Below, piece by piece: positions 46,968-57,835 of a stretch of 64,000 bases of DNA. The DNA lies in contig OZ244939.1 of the NCBI GenBank assembly GCA_965222235.1, positions 248,585-312,584 on the forward strand. The letters run 5' to 3'. A program made the translations under genes and the position numbers. Positions within the stretch are counted from its first letter, which is position 1. Each line of letters begins with the position of its first letter. The DNA comes from Minisyncoccota bacterium. Its GTDB lineage: Bacteria > Patescibacteriota > Minisyncoccia > Phycocordibacterales > JABAAK01. Below the pieces are notes generated by a model, which saw only the letters and a program-made list of their open reading frames with translations, searched no databases and was not told the origin of the DNA.

Positions 46968-48632
46968 TTACTTCTTTCTCCTGCCGCTCCGCTTCTTCCC
47001 CGCTTTCACCAGGCCGGTGAAGAGCGGATTGGGAGAAAACGGCCGGGCCGTAAATTCAGGATGATACTGCACACCGACAAAGAACGGGTGTTCTGTAGTC
47101 GGCAACTCCACCGCCTCAACGAGACCGGTCTTTGAGTACGCGGACACACACAGCTTATGCTCAAGAAGATCGTCAACATACGCATCATTTACCTCATACC
47201 GGTGCCGGTGCCGCTCATCGGCCTTGTCAGCACCGTAGAGCGACCGGAGCACGGTTCCCTTTTCAAAATACGCAGTATAGGCACCGAGGCGCATGCTTCC
47301 GCCGTATCGCTGCTCCGCCAGCTTATCACGCTGATCTTCCATAACGGTGATGACGGGATGCTTCGTTTTCGGATCAACCTCAATGGTATGCGCTGACTTT
47401 TTTCCGACCACATACCGCATATATTCAACGACCATCAGTTGCATACCGTAGCAGATGCCGAGCAGCGGAATGCCCCTGCGCCGCGCATGATGGATGACGG
47501 CAATCTTGCCGTCAACACCCCGCAAACCGAAACCGCCGGGGATAATAATGCCGTCATACTGCTCAAGATCCTTGAGAGATTTCGCCGCCGGTCGGTCCTC
47601 AAACTTCTTCGCACTCAGCCATGCAATTTCCGGGCGCACGCCGGCCTGAACACAGGAGAAACGAATTGCCTCTATGACCGAGACATATGAGTCGCCGAGC
47701 ACGTATGAACCTGTTTCAAAATACTTGCCGATGATACCGATACGCACAACCGACTTCCCGTTTTTGCGGATACTTTCACTGATTCGCTTCCAGCGCGTCA
47801 GCACACCGGCTGATTTCTGCTTCGGCAGATGCAGTTCGTTAATAAGAATGGAGCCGAGATGCGCCCTGTTGAAATTCAGGGGGACATCGTAGATGCTTTC
47901 CACATCGGGCGCCGGGATAATATTCTCTTTTTGTATATTGCAGGCGTTCGCTATCTTCTCCCGCCGTTTTGTGTCAATCTTCCCCTCCGAGCGGGCGATG
48001 ACAACGGAGGGATTGATACCGTATGAATTCAGCATGCGCACCGCATTCTGTGTCGGCCGGGTTTTCACCTCACCGATTGTTTTCGGATACGGCAGATAAC
48101 TGATGAGTACGAACAGTACGCTGTCCGGCGCGTCCAGGTACATGCACCGGGCCGTCTCAAGAAAGAGCATGTTCTGATAGTCACCGAGCGTGCCGCCGAT
48201 CTCAACGATCTGCACATCGCATTTGGACCGCTGCGCGGACAGCTCAATGCGCGTGCGAATCTCCTCAACAACGTGCGGAATCGCCTCAACGCATTTACCG
48301 CCGTACTTAAACGAACGCTCCCGCTCAATGACGGACTGATACACCATGCCGCTCGTCATGTAGTCATGCGGAGAGAGCGAGCGGTTCAGAAACCGTTCGT
48401 AGTTGCCCATATCCTGATCCGTTTCAAGGCCCGAATCCAGCACAAACACCTCTCCGTGCTCAGTCGGGCTCATGGTGCCGGCATCAACATTGAGATACGG
48501 ATCAACCTTCATGACGTTCACCCGGTATCCGTAGTGCGTAAGGATAACGCCGATGGATGAGGCACTGATTCCTTTTCCAATACCCGACATGACACCGCCG
48601 ACAATGAATATATATTTCGTGTTTTTTTTCAT
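46968..48632 (-). CDS. pyrG: CTP synthase
   Basis: N-terminal synthetase GGVMSGIGKGI and C-terminal glutamine amidotransferase GICYGMQ. Confidence 0.9.
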   Translation of the reverse strand: MKKNTKYIFIVGGVMSGIGKGISASSIGVILTHYGYRVNVMKVDPYLNVDAGTMSPTEHGEVFVLDSGLETDQDMGNYERFLNRSLSPHDYMTSGMVYQSVIERERSFKYGGKCVEAIPHVVEEIRTRIELSAQRSKCDVQIVEIGGTLGDYQNMLFLETARCMYLDAPDSVLFVLISYLPYPKTIGEVKTRPTQNAVRMLNSYGINPSVVIARSEGKIDTKRREKIANACNIQKENIIPAPDVESIYDVPLNFNRAHLGSILINELHLPKQKSAGVLTRWKRISESIRKNGKSVVRIGIIGKYFETGSYVLGDSYVSVIEAIRFSCVQAGVRPEIAWLSAKKFEDRPAAKSLKDLEQYDGIIIPGGFGLRGVDGKIAVIHHARRRGIPLLGICYGMQLMVVEYMRYVVGKKSAHTIEVDPKTKHPVITVMEDQRDKLAEQRYGGSMRLGAYTAYFEKGTVLRSLYGADKADERHRHRYEVNDAYVDDLLEHKLCVSAYSKTGLVEAVELPTTEHPFFVGVQYHPEFTARPFSPNPLFTGLVKAGKKRSGRRKK

Positions 48633-48720
48633 ATGATTGCACACCGCCCTGCCGGCCGCGCAGACGCGCGACCGTACAACACCCCACCGACTGAGTAATA
48701 AGGAGCGGGAGACCCGAACG

Positions 48721-49407
48721 CTATTCGGAAGCGTTCAGCATGACATTGATGACCTTGCTGGTCATGTCTGGAACGCCGTAGAATTGGGTATGATGCACCA
48801 CCTCGGCATTCGTCGCGGTACCGTTGGCAATATTTTCCGCGCCGCGGGATGGATCGGGCTGCCCTCCCGCAAAACCGGAACCAATCGGGGTATTCTCTTC
48901 AGTTCCCATGTCAAGAATCTCCGACCAGATGGAAACATCGTCAATGAGTGAACCGTCATCCCTGTACAGCGGAATGTGGTTAAGGAACACGACGCCGTCA
49001 TTGGTCTGCACAATCATCGCCATATATGACATCTTGGCATCAAGCTCCTCGGCGGCAACGACAACTGTCTGGGAACCGCCCGGGGACATTTCATGTGTCA
49101 TATATACACTGTACACATCAGTGTTGTCGCGCAGCAGATTGATAACTTCTTCGGGGTTGCCGACCTTGGCGAGAGACTCGTACGGTGCCGGCACTTCCTG
49201 ACCGAGATAGTTTATAAGGTTATCATGCTTGTGAACTACCAGCACGCCCGGAGAAATGTCATACTCGGATTTGTTCTCAAACAGAATGGTGACTTCCTGC
49301 CCGCCGCCGAAGCTCGGAACGATGGTTCCCGACGAATTACTCAACATGGCTGCGATGACCCCTACCAGAATGATCAGCAGTATTATCCATAAAGAAAACT
49401 TTTGCAT
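48721..49407 (-). CDS. Hypothetical secreted protein with N-terminal signal anchor
   Basis: MQKFSLWIILLIILVGVIAAM, then a soluble domain. No family recognised. Confidence 0.45.
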   Translation of the reverse strand: MQKFSLWIILLIILVGVIAAMLSNSSGTIVPSFGGGQEVTILFENKSEYDISPGVLVVHKHDNLINYLGQEVPAPYESLAKVGNPEEVINLLRDNTDVYSVYMTHEMSPGGSQTVVVAAEELDAKMSYMAMIVQTNDGVVFLNHIPLYRDDGSLIDDVSIWSEILDMGTEENTPIGSGFAGGQPDPSRGAENIANGTATNAEVVHHTQFYGVPDMTSKVINVMLNASE

Positions 49408-49498
49408 AAAAGTTGGTGTAATGATTGATAATAGTTTGGTGCAACCCCGTAACTGAGATTACATATATATACTACACTGATTCCCGTATACTGAACAT

Positions 49499-51619
49499 AT
49501 GAAATCCACAGCACAGAGTCTTGAAGAATACCTGCGGCGCCCAAAAAAGGCGACCCTTGCAGGGCTTAAACGATTCGGCATACACACCGTCCGCGATCTG
49601 CTTTATCACTTCCCCAGCCGGTATGCCGGCGCCGCGGAGATATTCGTCGGCGTCCTTGAGCCGAATAAGCATTTCACCATTATCGGCACCGTGCAAACGA
49701 TGCGCATGCGGAAAACTCGCGGCACGAGACGGGTGATGATCGCCGAGGCAACCGTCATAGCGGAAGGGGCGAAGATACCGGTCATCTGGTTCAACCAGCC
49801 CTACATCGCCAGGCAGTTTGCCGCCGGCGACACAGTGACTGTGTCGGGGAAAACGGCGGGTACAAAAAAAATATATCTCACCAACCCGATCATAAAACAC
49901 ACACAGCACGCGGAAGAGGGTGCGGAGACACGAAAAGAGCTCATCGCCGTATACCCGGAAACGGGCGGCATATCGTCAACATGGCTGTCGGAAACTGTCG
50001 GACAACTACTTGCGGAAGACACGGTAAAGCGTATGCCGGATCCACTGCCGGAGAATATGCGCAAAGGCCTGAAACTTCCCGGAATCTACGACGCATTGGT
50101 GTACATCCACAAGCCGAGAAATGATGACGATCATCAGGCGGCAAAAAAACGCTTTATCTTTGAAAAGACGCTGATCATGTTCACCATACAGCAGATGAGA
50201 AAACATGAACATATGGAATCAAAGGCGTATGCCATGCACATAGACACCGGACAGGCCGACGCATTCATGGCCGACCGGCTTTCGTTCAGGCCGACCGGCG
50301 ATCAGAAAAAGGCCGTGCAGGATATCCTGAACGACATACAGAAAGACAAGCCCATGGCGCGCCTTCTTGAAGGCGATGTCGGTTCCGGAAAAACCGTCGT
50401 CGCGGCGGCAGTCATGCACAGCGCCGTTACCGCGCGGCCCGAAGAGCGGACCAGCGGCAGACCCCAGATTGCCTACCTCGCGCCGACCGATGTGCTCGCC
50501 AAGCAGCAGTTCCATGCGATAATGGACCTCTTCTCCCACCTCCCCATCACCATCGGCTATATCAGCGGAAAAACATGCCTTAAATATCCGTCAAAGATAA
50601 ATCCGAACGGGGCGACCGCTGTCAGCAAGGCGCAGCTGAAAAAATGGATAGCATCGGGCGAGGTCGTCGTCCTGTTCGGCACCCACGCTATGATTCAGAA
50701 AGATATACAGTTTCAGCGGCTCGCACTCGCCGTCATAGATGAGCAGCATCGCTTCGGCGTCGCCCAACGCCAGTCGCTCATCAGCCTCGCAGAAACACAC
50801 CGTCCGCACCTGCTTTCAATGACCGCCACCCCTATCCCCAGAACGCTGGCGCTCACCATCTACGGAGATTTGGACATCAGCGTCCTTGAAGATATGCCGA
50901 AAGAGAGAAAAACGGTGCGGACAAAACTTGTCAGCTCAGCGAAAAAACAGGAGGTATATGACCACATCAGAGAAGAAATCGCGAAGGGGCACCAGGCGTA
51001 TATTCTCTGCCCGCGCATTGAGGAAAGCGATGATTCACCGCTGAGATCCGTGGAAGAGGAATATGCGCATCTGGTAAATACCGTCTTCCCGGACATGACT
51101 ATAGTGATGCTGCACGGAAAAATGAAACCAAAAGAAAAACAGGAAATCATGGAACGCTTCACTGACGGCACTGTACACATACTCGTGTGTACAACTGTCA
51201 TTGAAGTCGGTATCAATGTGCCTAATGCAACCATTGTTGCCATACTGCACGCCGAGCGGTTCGGACTCGCACAGCTGCACCAAATCCGCGGACGGGTCAT
51301 ACGCAGTAGCCACCAACCGTATTGCTACGCAATCACCGACAGCACGGGAGAAAACACGCTGGAGCGGCTAAACATATTTGAAACAGAGCATAACGGATTC
51401 ATCCTCGCACAGAAGGACCTTGATATGCGCGGTTCGGGCGAGATTGCCGGACTCAGGCAGTCGGGCATACCGGATCTGGTGGTGGAAGGGTTACGGAACC
51501 AAAAACTGGTCGCCTTGGCGCAGCAGGAAGCAAAAAACATCATTGATCGGGATCCGGAATTGAAACGGCACCGGGAACTTCGCATCTGCATACAGCAGGA
51601 TACGACACACCGGGAATAA
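49499..51619 (+). CDS. recG: ATP-dependent DNA helicase RecG
   Basis: Wedge domain, then helicase motifs LEGDVGSGKT, DEQHRFGV and QIRGRV. Confidence 0.9.
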   Translation: MKSTAQSLEEYLRRPKKATLAGLKRFGIHTVRDLLYHFPSRYAGAAEIFVGVLEPNKHFTIIGTVQTMRMRKTRGTRRVMIAEATVIAEGAKIPVIWFNQPYIARQFAAGDTVTVSGKTAGTKKIYLTNPIIKHTQHAEEGAETRKELIAVYPETGGISSTWLSETVGQLLAEDTVKRMPDPLPENMRKGLKLPGIYDALVYIHKPRNDDDHQAAKKRFIFEKTLIMFTIQQMRKHEHMESKAYAMHIDTGQADAFMADRLSFRPTGDQKKAVQDILNDIQKDKPMARLLEGDVGSGKTVVAAAVMHSAVTARPEERTSGRPQIAYLAPTDVLAKQQFHAIMDLFSHLPITIGYISGKTCLKYPSKINPNGATAVSKAQLKKWIASGEVVVLFGTHAMIQKDIQFQRLALAVIDEQHRFGVAQRQSLISLAETHRPHLLSMTATPIPRTLALTIYGDLDISVLEDMPKERKTVRTKLVSSAKKQEVYDHIREEIAKGHQAYILCPRIEESDDSPLRSVEEEYAHLVNTVFPDMTIVMLHGKMKPKEKQEIMERFTDGTVHILVCTTVIEVGINVPNATIVAILHAERFGLAQLHQIRGRVIRSSHQPYCYAITDSTGENTLERLNIFETEHNGFILAQKDLDMRGSGEIAGLRQSGIPDLVVEGLRNQKLVALAQQEAKNIIDRDPELKRHRELRICIQQDTTHRE

Positions 51620-52162
51620 TTAATCCCGGACAAACGGAATACCGATATGCTTAAAAAATGCAGTTGCCTCCTCGCGGTCCTGCGCCGAAGTAACGATTGT
51701 TATTGACAGACCGAACACATCCTGCAGATTTTCGTCGGGCGTCTCGGGAAATATAGTATGTTCCGGTATGCCGATAGTCAGATTGCCCATCTCATCCACG
51801 GAGGTGCGGGGAATGCCGCGGAAGTCGCGCATACGCGGTATCGCTATATTAATCAGGCGGTCAAGAAAACTGTGCATGTTCCTGCCGCGAAGCGTGACCA
51901 TGTAGCCGATAACCTCGCCCTCACGGAGTTTGAACGAAGCGATGGAAAGTCGCGCCTTTCTGGGCGCCGGCTTCTGCCCCGTGATTTTCGCAAGGCGGTT
52001 CTGAACGAGTTCAATTCGCTGCTTGTCCTTGCGCACCCGTCCGGTGCCGGTTGAGACGACGACCTTTTTCAGGCGGGGACGCTGCATCGGATTGTTCCAT
52101 GAAAACACACCCTTCAGTGCGTCAAATGTTTTTTTAATAGTTGTCTCGAGTGTCGTTGTCAT
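51620..52162 (-). CDS. rplE: 50S ribosomal protein L5
   Basis: Typical L5 sequence. Last gene of the S10/spc-type cluster here; its stop abuts the recG stop. Confidence 0.9.
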   Translation of the reverse strand: MTTTLETTIKKTFDALKGVFSWNNPMQRPRLKKVVVSTGTGRVRKDKQRIELVQNRLAKITGQKPAPRKARLSIASFKLREGEVIGYMVTLRGRNMHSFLDRLINIAIPRMRDFRGIPRTSVDEMGNLTIGIPEHTIFPETPDENLQDVFGLSITIVTSAQDREEATAFFKHIGIPFVRD

Positions 52163-52165
52163 ATG

Positions 52166-52510
52166 CTATTTTCCTCCGGCTTTCTTCACCGCTTTCTTCG
52201 CGCCGCCGATCACGGTTCCGCTTTTCCGCGCTGTCCGCTGCTTGTCTCTGCCGGTACCGGTATATGCGATTCTCGTTGGTTTCTTCGTTTTCGAATCAAG
52301 AATCGCCACGTTTGAAATATTGATCGGCCCCTCCTTTTTGACTATACTTCCCTTCTCCCCCTGCGTCCGCGGCTTCCGGTGCATCGTTCGGATATTGACA
52401 CCGGCGACGATAACGGCATCGCGCTCGTGCAGCACACGCAATACCTCGCCGACCCTGCTTCTGTCGGATCCTTTAAGAACGGTTACGGTATCTCCCTTTC
52501 GTATTCTCAT
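52166..52510 (-). CDS. rplX: 50S ribosomal protein L24
   Basis: MRIRKGDTVTVLKGSD..KGSIVKKE. Confidence 0.9.
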   Translation of the reverse strand: MRIRKGDTVTVLKGSDRSRVGEVLRVLHERDAVIVAGVNIRTMHRKPRTQGEKGSIVKKEGPINISNVAILDSKTKKPTRIAYTGTGRDKQRTARKSGTVIGGAKKAVKKAGGK

Positions 52511-52520
52511 AAGTTATGTG

Positions 52521-52892
52521 TTATACCACCTCGGGAGCCATGGAGATAATACGCTTGTATCCCGCTTTCTCAAGCTCGCGGGGAACCGGACCGAAGATAC
52601 GGGTCGCCTGCGGCTCCTTCTTTTTTCTGTCCACCACAACAACGGCGTTCTCATTGAACGATACATACGATCCGTCGCCGCGACGGAACGGCTTCTTCTG
52701 GCGCACGACCACCGCATGCACCACCTGCTTCTTTTTGATATTCTTGCGCGGTTCCGCTTCCCGCACGGAACACACCACTTCGTCACCGATGTGTGCGTAC
52801 CGGCGCCGCGTTCCGCCGAGCACCTTAAACACCCGGCACATACGCGCTCCGGAATTGTCAGTTACTCTTACGATTGTCTGCGGCTGTATCAT
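52521..52892 (-). CDS. rplN: 50S ribosomal protein L14
   Basis: MIQPQTIVRVTDNSGAR.. Confidence 0.9.
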   Translation of the reverse strand: MIQPQTIVRVTDNSGARMCRVFKVLGGTRRRYAHIGDEVVCSVREAEPRKNIKKKQVVHAVVVRQKKPFRRGDGSYVSFNENAVVVVDRKKKEPQATRIFGPVPRELEKAGYKRIISMAPEVV

Positions 52893-52898
52893 ATGCGG

Positions 52899-53156
52899 TT
52901 ATGCGGCGGATTCCGCTACAATGCGGAAATGTTTCTGTTTTGATATCGGACGGCATGACTCTATGACCACACGCTTGCCGACAGAAATGCCGCCGGGCGC
53001 ATGCGCCTGATACCGCTTCGTAATCCGGCGGTACTTGCCGTATATGGGATGCTTCACATACCGATCCACCGCAACAACGACCGTATCCTGCATCTTGGCG
53101 GACACGACGGTTCCCCGGAGTGTCTTTTTATTCACTGTTTTGGCATCCTGTGTCAT
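52899..53156 (-). CDS. rpsQ: 30S ribosomal protein S17
   Basis: KTLRGTVVSAKMQDTVVV. Confidence 0.9.
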   Translation of the reverse strand: MTQDAKTVNKKTLRGTVVSAKMQDTVVVAVDRYVKHPIYGKYRRITKRYQAHAPGGISVGKRVVIESCRPISKQKHFRIVAESAA

Positions 53157-53164
53157 ATATACCC

Positions 53165-53392
53165 CTATGTTACACGAGAAGTGTCCTTGCCGCCAGTATC
53201 CCTCCGCAGCGCTTTCAGCGCGGTCGCCGTGCGGGCTATGTCCCTGCGGAGCATGCGGCGCTTCGCGGTCCGTCGTTGCACCTCGGGCGAGAAGCGGAAT
53301 CGCGCCTGCTGCAAATCCTTTTTCTTGCCGCGGATGGCGGTGATGAGTGATTCCTTACTCGCTGGTTTTTGTTCTGATTTCTTCTTTATCAT
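53165..53392 (-). CDS. rpmC: 50S ribosomal protein L29
   Basis: 75 aa, Lys/Arg-rich helical protein in the canonical position. Confidence 0.8.
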   Translation of the reverse strand: MIKKKSEQKPASKESLITAIRGKKKDLQQARFRFSPEVQRRTAKRRMLRRDIARTATALKALRRDTGGKDTSRVT

Positions 53393-53395
53393 ATG

Positions 53396-53818
53396 TTATA
53401 TGTCTTTGACGACAAACTTCGTCCTGACGGGCAGTTTCTTCCCCGCCTTGGTGAGCGCGGTCCGCGCGAGCTGTTCCGACACGCCCGACACTTCAAACAG
53501 CACCCGTCCCGGCAGCACCTCAACCTCAAATCCTTGTGGATCGCCCTTGCCCTTGCCCATGCCGACTTCAGCGGCCTTCTGCGTCCACGGTCGGTCGGGG
53601 AATATGCGGATCCACATACGGCCGGTTTTTCCCATTGTGCGGGAGATGACCCGGCGGCTCGCCTCTATCTGATTACTTCTGATGCGCGCCGGAGTCACCG
53701 CCTTTATGCCGTATGAGCCGAAGTTAATCTTCGTACCGCGATCCGCGATCCGTACCTTCTTCGGATTCCTGCGCATACGCTGAAAACGGCGGTACTTTAC
53801 TTTCTTCGGAAACAACAT
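53396..53818 (-). CDS. rplP: 50S ribosomal protein L16
   Basis: MLFPKKVKYRRFQRMRR.. Confidence 0.9.
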   Translation of the reverse strand: MLFPKKVKYRRFQRMRRNPKKVRIADRGTKINFGSYGIKAVTPARIRSNQIEASRRVISRTMGKTGRMWIRIFPDRPWTQKAAEVGMGKGKGDPQGFEVEVLPGRVLFEVSGVSEQLARTALTKAGKKLPVRTKFVVKDI

Positions 53819-53819
53819 A

Positions 53820-54473
53820 CTATTTTTTTACAATCTCTCCTTTATATATCCATACCTTGATGCCGAGTGTGCCGTACGACATCACCACCTCCTTATGCGC
53901 ATAATCAATGTCCGCACGCAGTGTCTGCAGCGGAACCTTGCCGCGCTTCACTTCCTCACTCCGCGCAATCTCCGCGCCACCGAGCCGTCCGGCGACGAGA
54001 ATACGGCAGCCCTTTACACTTCTGTTCGCCATCACCTTTTCTATGGTGTGCTTAATCACGCGATTGTGGTGCATGTGCTGTTTCAGCGACTTGGCGACGG
54101 ATTCGGCAACCAGCACCGCGTCCTGATCAACATACCGCACCTCCTCAATGCGGATGTTGATCGTTTCGTTCAGTCCGTTTTTCTTCGCGAACTGTTTGGT
54201 GCGACGGATGAGCGCGTCAATGCCCGCGCCTTCGCGTCCGATGATGAGACCGGGTCGGGATGTTTTTATAGTCACCACCAGCGTCTCCCGGTCCCGTTCA
54301 AACAGTATAGCGCTCACCGCCTTGTCCTTCAGGTTCTTTTCAAGAAAGGTGCGGATGAGATGGTCTTCCCGCAACATCTTACAGTATTTCTTCCGGTTGC
54401 CCGCGAACCACTGCACCCGCCAGTCACGGGTGATGCCTAATCGGAAACCGTACGGATGTGCTGTATGTGTCAT
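53820..54473 (-). CDS. rpsC: 30S ribosomal protein S3
   Basis: KH domain and C-terminal S3 domain (GRLGGAEIAR). Confidence 0.9.
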   Translation of the reverse strand: MTHTAHPYGFRLGITRDWRVQWFAGNRKKYCKMLREDHLIRTFLEKNLKDKAVSAILFERDRETLVVTIKTSRPGLIIGREGAGIDALIRRTKQFAKKNGLNETINIRIEEVRYVDQDAVLVAESVAKSLKQHMHHNRVIKHTIEKVMANRSVKGCRILVAGRLGGAEIARSEEVKRGKVPLQTLRADIDYAHKEVVMSYGTLGIKVWIYKGEIVKK

Positions 54474-54477
54474 ATGT

Positions 54478-54795
54478 CTATTGCAGTATTATGTGTATAG
54501 TGCTTGTTCGCTTGCGCAGCGGAGTCGCCCTGCCGAATGCGCGCGGACGCCAGCGCTTGAAGATGATGCCCTCATTGATAGTGATACCGGCGACCGTCAG
54601 GTCATCGGCGTTTTTCCCCGCATGCTTCGCGTTGTGCGCCGCGGACTGAATGAGCTTCTGCAGCGGTCCGGCCGCCTTCTTGTCAAGCAGACGCAGTGAC
54701 TCAAGCGCATGCGGCACTTTTTTGCCGCGGACCGCGCCCGCAATCAGGCGAACCTTCCTCGGTGACTGCCGGTAGTTTTTCAGTATTGCTTTCAT
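54478..54795 (-). CDS. rplV: 50S ribosomal protein L22
   Basis: MKAILKNYRQSPRKVRLIAGAVRGKKV.. The start is internal to the track ORF. Confidence 0.85.
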   Translation of the reverse strand: MKAILKNYRQSPRKVRLIAGAVRGKKVPHALESLRLLDKKAAGPLQKLIQSAAHNAKHAGKNADDLTVAGITINEGIIFKRWRPRAFGRATPLRKRTSTIHIILQ

Positions 54796-54802
54796 ATATA
54801 TA

Positions 54803-55132
54803 TTATTTTGTCGTGCGCACCGCCTTTGCCGCCGCAATCTCCGCCTGCTTCACGGCTTCATCGGATGCCTTCTGCAGCTTACCGCCGTGGCGCAGGAATT
54901 TCTTTGACGGCGCGAACTCTCCGAAACGGTGACCGACCATATCCTCGGTGACCAGCACATCAACATGGACTTTGCCATTGTGCACGCCGAATGTGAAACC
55001 GATCATCTCGGGGGAAATCTGACTCCGACGCGCCCATATATTGATTACACCGGCATCTTCCGGTTTCTTTCCCGTGACCTTTTTCAACACCTTATTGTCA
55101 ACAAACGGTCCTTTTTTTACTGATCTCGTCAT
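54803..55132 (-). CDS. rpsS: 30S ribosomal protein S19 (with short C-terminal extension)
   Basis: [12 protein letters not shown]...[19 protein letters not shown]. Start at ATG 55132. Confidence 0.9.
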   Translation of the reverse strand: MTRSVKKGPFVDNKVLKKVTGKKPEDAGVINIWARRSQISPEMIGFTFGVHNGKVHVDVLVTEDMVGHRFGEFAPSKKFLRHGGKLQKASDEAVKQAEIAAAKAVRTTK

Positions 55133-55182
55133 ATGTCTACCGGAATATATATACTGTAGCCGAGAGAACGGTATTCTGCAAG

Positions 55183-56040
55183 TTATGACCGCCGTTTCTT
55201 CGCCAATTGCCTGCGGCGGACAATGTGTGTGTCGGAGTATCGCTTCGGGTGCCGGGTCTTCTGCCCCTTGCCGGACGGCTTGCCCCATTTGGTAACCGCC
55301 CGCCTCCTGCCGCGGCCCTGCCGGCCTTCACCGCCGCCGTGCGGGTGGTCAACGGGATTCATTGCGTTGCCACGGACCGTCGGCCGCTTTCCCATCCAGC
55401 GATGACGCCCGGCTTTGCCGACCACGCGGAGGTGATGCTCCTTGTTGCCGACGGATCCGACCGACGCGAAACAGGCAGCCGGCACTTTCCGCACTTCCTT
55501 TGACGGCATGCGGATATGCATAAACGAACCGTCCCGACCGAGCACAACCGCGGCATTGCCCGCCGAGCGCGCGATTTTTGCACCGCCGAGCGACTTGAGC
55601 TCAATGTTGTACACCGCGGTGCCGACGGGAATATGCCTGAGCATCATGCGGTTCCCGGGTTTCAGCGGCGCCTGTTCCGAGGTGATGACAGTGTCGCCGA
55701 CCGCTACTTCCGCGGGCGTGAGCAGGTATCGCCGTTCGCCGTCGCGATAGCAGACGAGAGAAATATATGAACTGCGGTTCGGGTCGTATTCAACGGTCTC
55801 CACTTTCGCCGGAACATCAAATTTGTTCTGAAGAAAGTCAATAGCGCGGTACCGCCGCTTATGCCCGCCGCCGCGGTGGCGCATGGTGATGCGACCGTCA
55901 CTGTTGCGTCCGGAGCCGCGGCGCATACCGCGCACCAGCGGACGGAACGGACTGTTACCTTGTGATAGTATCTTGCGGTACAGCGGGACAACGGTGCCGC
56001 GTATTCCCGGAGTGGTCGGTTTGTATTTCTTGACTGCCAT
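55183..56040 (-). CDS. rplB: 50S ribosomal protein L2
   Basis: Canonical L2 motifs (...GGGHKRRYR...HPHGGGEG). Confidence 0.9.
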   Translation of the reverse strand: MAVKKYKPTTPGIRGTVVPLYRKILSQGNSPFRPLVRGMRRGSGRNSDGRITMRHRGGGHKRRYRAIDFLQNKFDVPAKVETVEYDPNRSSYISLVCYRDGERRYLLTPAEVAVGDTVITSEQAPLKPGNRMMLRHIPVGTAVYNIELKSLGGAKIARSAGNAAVVLGRDGSFMHIRMPSKEVRKVPAACFASVGSVGNKEHHLRVVGKAGRHRWMGKRPTVRGNAMNPVDHPHGGGEGRQGRGRRRAVTKWGKPSGKGQKTRHPKRYSDTHIVRRRQLAKKRRS

Positions 56041-56045
56041 ATGTG

Positions 56046-56528
56046 TTATGTTAACTGTATAGTATCGCCCTTCTTCAGAAAGACATATGCCTTTTTGCGC
56101 TCCGCGGTGTACCCGTACCCGCGCTCCCGTCCGCGGACGCGGAGACGCCGACGCTTCGCCGGAGACTTCGCGATACGCACGCGCATCGGACGGACACCGT
56201 AGAGCGCTTCAACCGCGTCGGCAACGCTGTGTTTGGTTGATGCGCGGCGCACGAAAAATGCATAGACTCCTTTCTCGGACAGTCCCGCAACCTTTTCTGT
56301 CACTACCGGACGGGTGATGGTGTCAAACACACGGACCTGTTCTTTCACCGGCCGCCGCTTCGGGGCATAAAACGATTTTTGTGTGTGCACCGGCCGGCGG
56401 GTTCGGCGCTTGTCTGAGACCGTTCTGCTCTTTTTTGCCCGGCGCACCGGCGCGACATCGGACGGCTGCTCCGGCGTGTCTTTCTTGGGACCCTTGGTGC
56501 TGAATATCTTATCAAAAAACATACGCAA
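56046..56528 (-). CDS. rplW: 50S ribosomal protein L23 with long basic N-terminal extension
   Basis: C-terminal L23 core VFDTITRPVVTEK..YAFFV... The N-terminal ~60 aa are K/R-rich. Confidence 0.8.
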   Translation of the reverse strand: MRMFFDKIFSTKGPKKDTPEQPSDVAPVRRAKKSRTVSDKRRTRRPVHTQKSFYAPKRRPVKEQVRVFDTITRPVVTEKVAGLSEKGVYAFFVRRASTKHSVADAVEALYGVRPMRVRIAKSPAKRRRLRVRGRERGYGYTAERKKAYVFLKKGDTIQLT

Positions 56529-56532
56529 TATA

Positions 56533-57204
56533 TTATGACACCGGCACCGGTACGCTCACCGTTTTGCCGCGGGCTTCAAGGGCGGCGACTGTCCGTTCGG
56601 TACCGATGAAGATGAGTTTCTTCGCCGCAAGCACATCCCGGGTATTCAGCGCCTCAAGCGCGACTGTTCGGACACCGGGAAGGTTGGCGAAACTTTTCCT
56701 CGCAGCAATATTGTTCTCCGAAAAGATGATCGTGCAGATATTCTTTCCGGAGATGTCACCGCACAGTGCCGCAACACAGGCGGCGGCGGTTTTTGTTGAC
56801 GGTTCATTGACGGAAAATGTGTCAAGAAATATGAGCGCATCCTGGCGCAGCTTCTCCGAAAGCGCGGTGAAGAGTGCCTTCGCCCGCATCTTCGCGGGTA
56901 TGACGACGGCATATTTTTTCTGATTGTTCGGCCCGAAAGTGACGCCGCCGCCGACCCACAGCGGAGAGCGAATGCTGCCGTGGCGCGCGCGTCCTGTCCC
57001 TTTCTGCCGCCACGGCTTCCGTCCGCCGCCGCGGACATCGCCCGATCCCTTGGTGTGTGCGGTGCCGGCACGGCTGTTGTGCTCAATGCCGACTGCCACC
57101 TGATGCATCAGCGCATCCGTCCACGGAAGCGTGAACAGACGACCCGGAAGATCCAGTGTTCCGTGTTTCTTTCCGTCCTGTGTATATATCATTGCCTGTG
57201 TCAT
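56533..57204 (-). CDS. rplD: 50S ribosomal protein L4
   Basis: ...[16 protein letters not shown].. Confidence 0.9.
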   Translation of the reverse strand: MTQAMIYTQDGKKHGTLDLPGRLFTLPWTDALMHQVAVGIEHNSRAGTAHTKGSGDVRGGGRKPWRQKGTGRARHGSIRSPLWVGGGVTFGPNNQKKYAVVIPAKMRAKALFTALSEKLRQDALIFLDTFSVNEPSTKTAAACVAALCGDISGKNICTIIFSENNIAARKSFANLPGVRTVALEALNTRDVLAAKKLIFIGTERTVAALEARGKTVSVPVPVS

Positions 57205-57776
57205 ACGCCCTGAATTTCCACCAATGTGCCGTGCCGCCCCGGAATGGATCCGTGCAGCATCAGAAGCCCACGCCCCCTGTCAACCAGCACCACCCTGGTT
57301 CCCTTTACGGTAACTCGGTTGCCCCCCATGCGTCCCGGCATTTTCGTGCCCTTCGGCACGCGCGAACGCAGACCGGAGCCGATTGATCCGGGTTGCCGTT
57401 CATTGTGCTTCTGTCCGTGCGTTCGGGGACCGCCGGCGAAGCCGTACCGCTTCACCACGCCCTGGAACCCCTTCCCTTTGGATGTGGCGCGCACGCGCAC
57501 GACATCGCCCTCAGTGAACATGTCGGCACCGTCAATACTGGCGCCGGGGACATATTCTCCGGAGCCGCGGAACTCCTTCCGGCGCTTCGGACCGGAATGT
57601 TTCCCTTTCTTCTCCGGGCCGTAGCCGACCTGCACCGCATCGTAGCCGTCTTTGTCGGCGGCACGAAGCAGGGTCACGGTGAGCGGTTCAATCGCCACCG
57701 CCGTGACAGGATATACCAACCCGTTTTCATCGAACAGTTGCGTCATCTGTAGTTTTCTGCCTAATGCGAATTTCAT
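57201..57776 (-). CDS. rplC: 50S ribosomal protein L3
   Basis: ...KGKGFQGVVKRYGFAGGP.. Confidence 0.9.
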   Translation of the reverse strand: MKFALGRKLQMTQLFDENGLVYPVTAVAIEPLTVTLLRAADKDGYDAVQVGYGPEKKGKHSGPKRRKEFRGSGEYVPGASIDGADMFTEGDVVRVRATSKGKGFQGVVKRYGFAGGPRTHGQKHNERQPGSIGSGLRSRVPKGTKMPGRMGGNRVTVKGTRVVLVDRGRGLLMLHGSIPGRHGTLVEIQGV

Positions 57777-57835
57777 ATATATATGGGTAGAGGTGAGCGG
57801 CTCAGGACCGGCTTCGTCCGCTGCCTGCGGCTCCG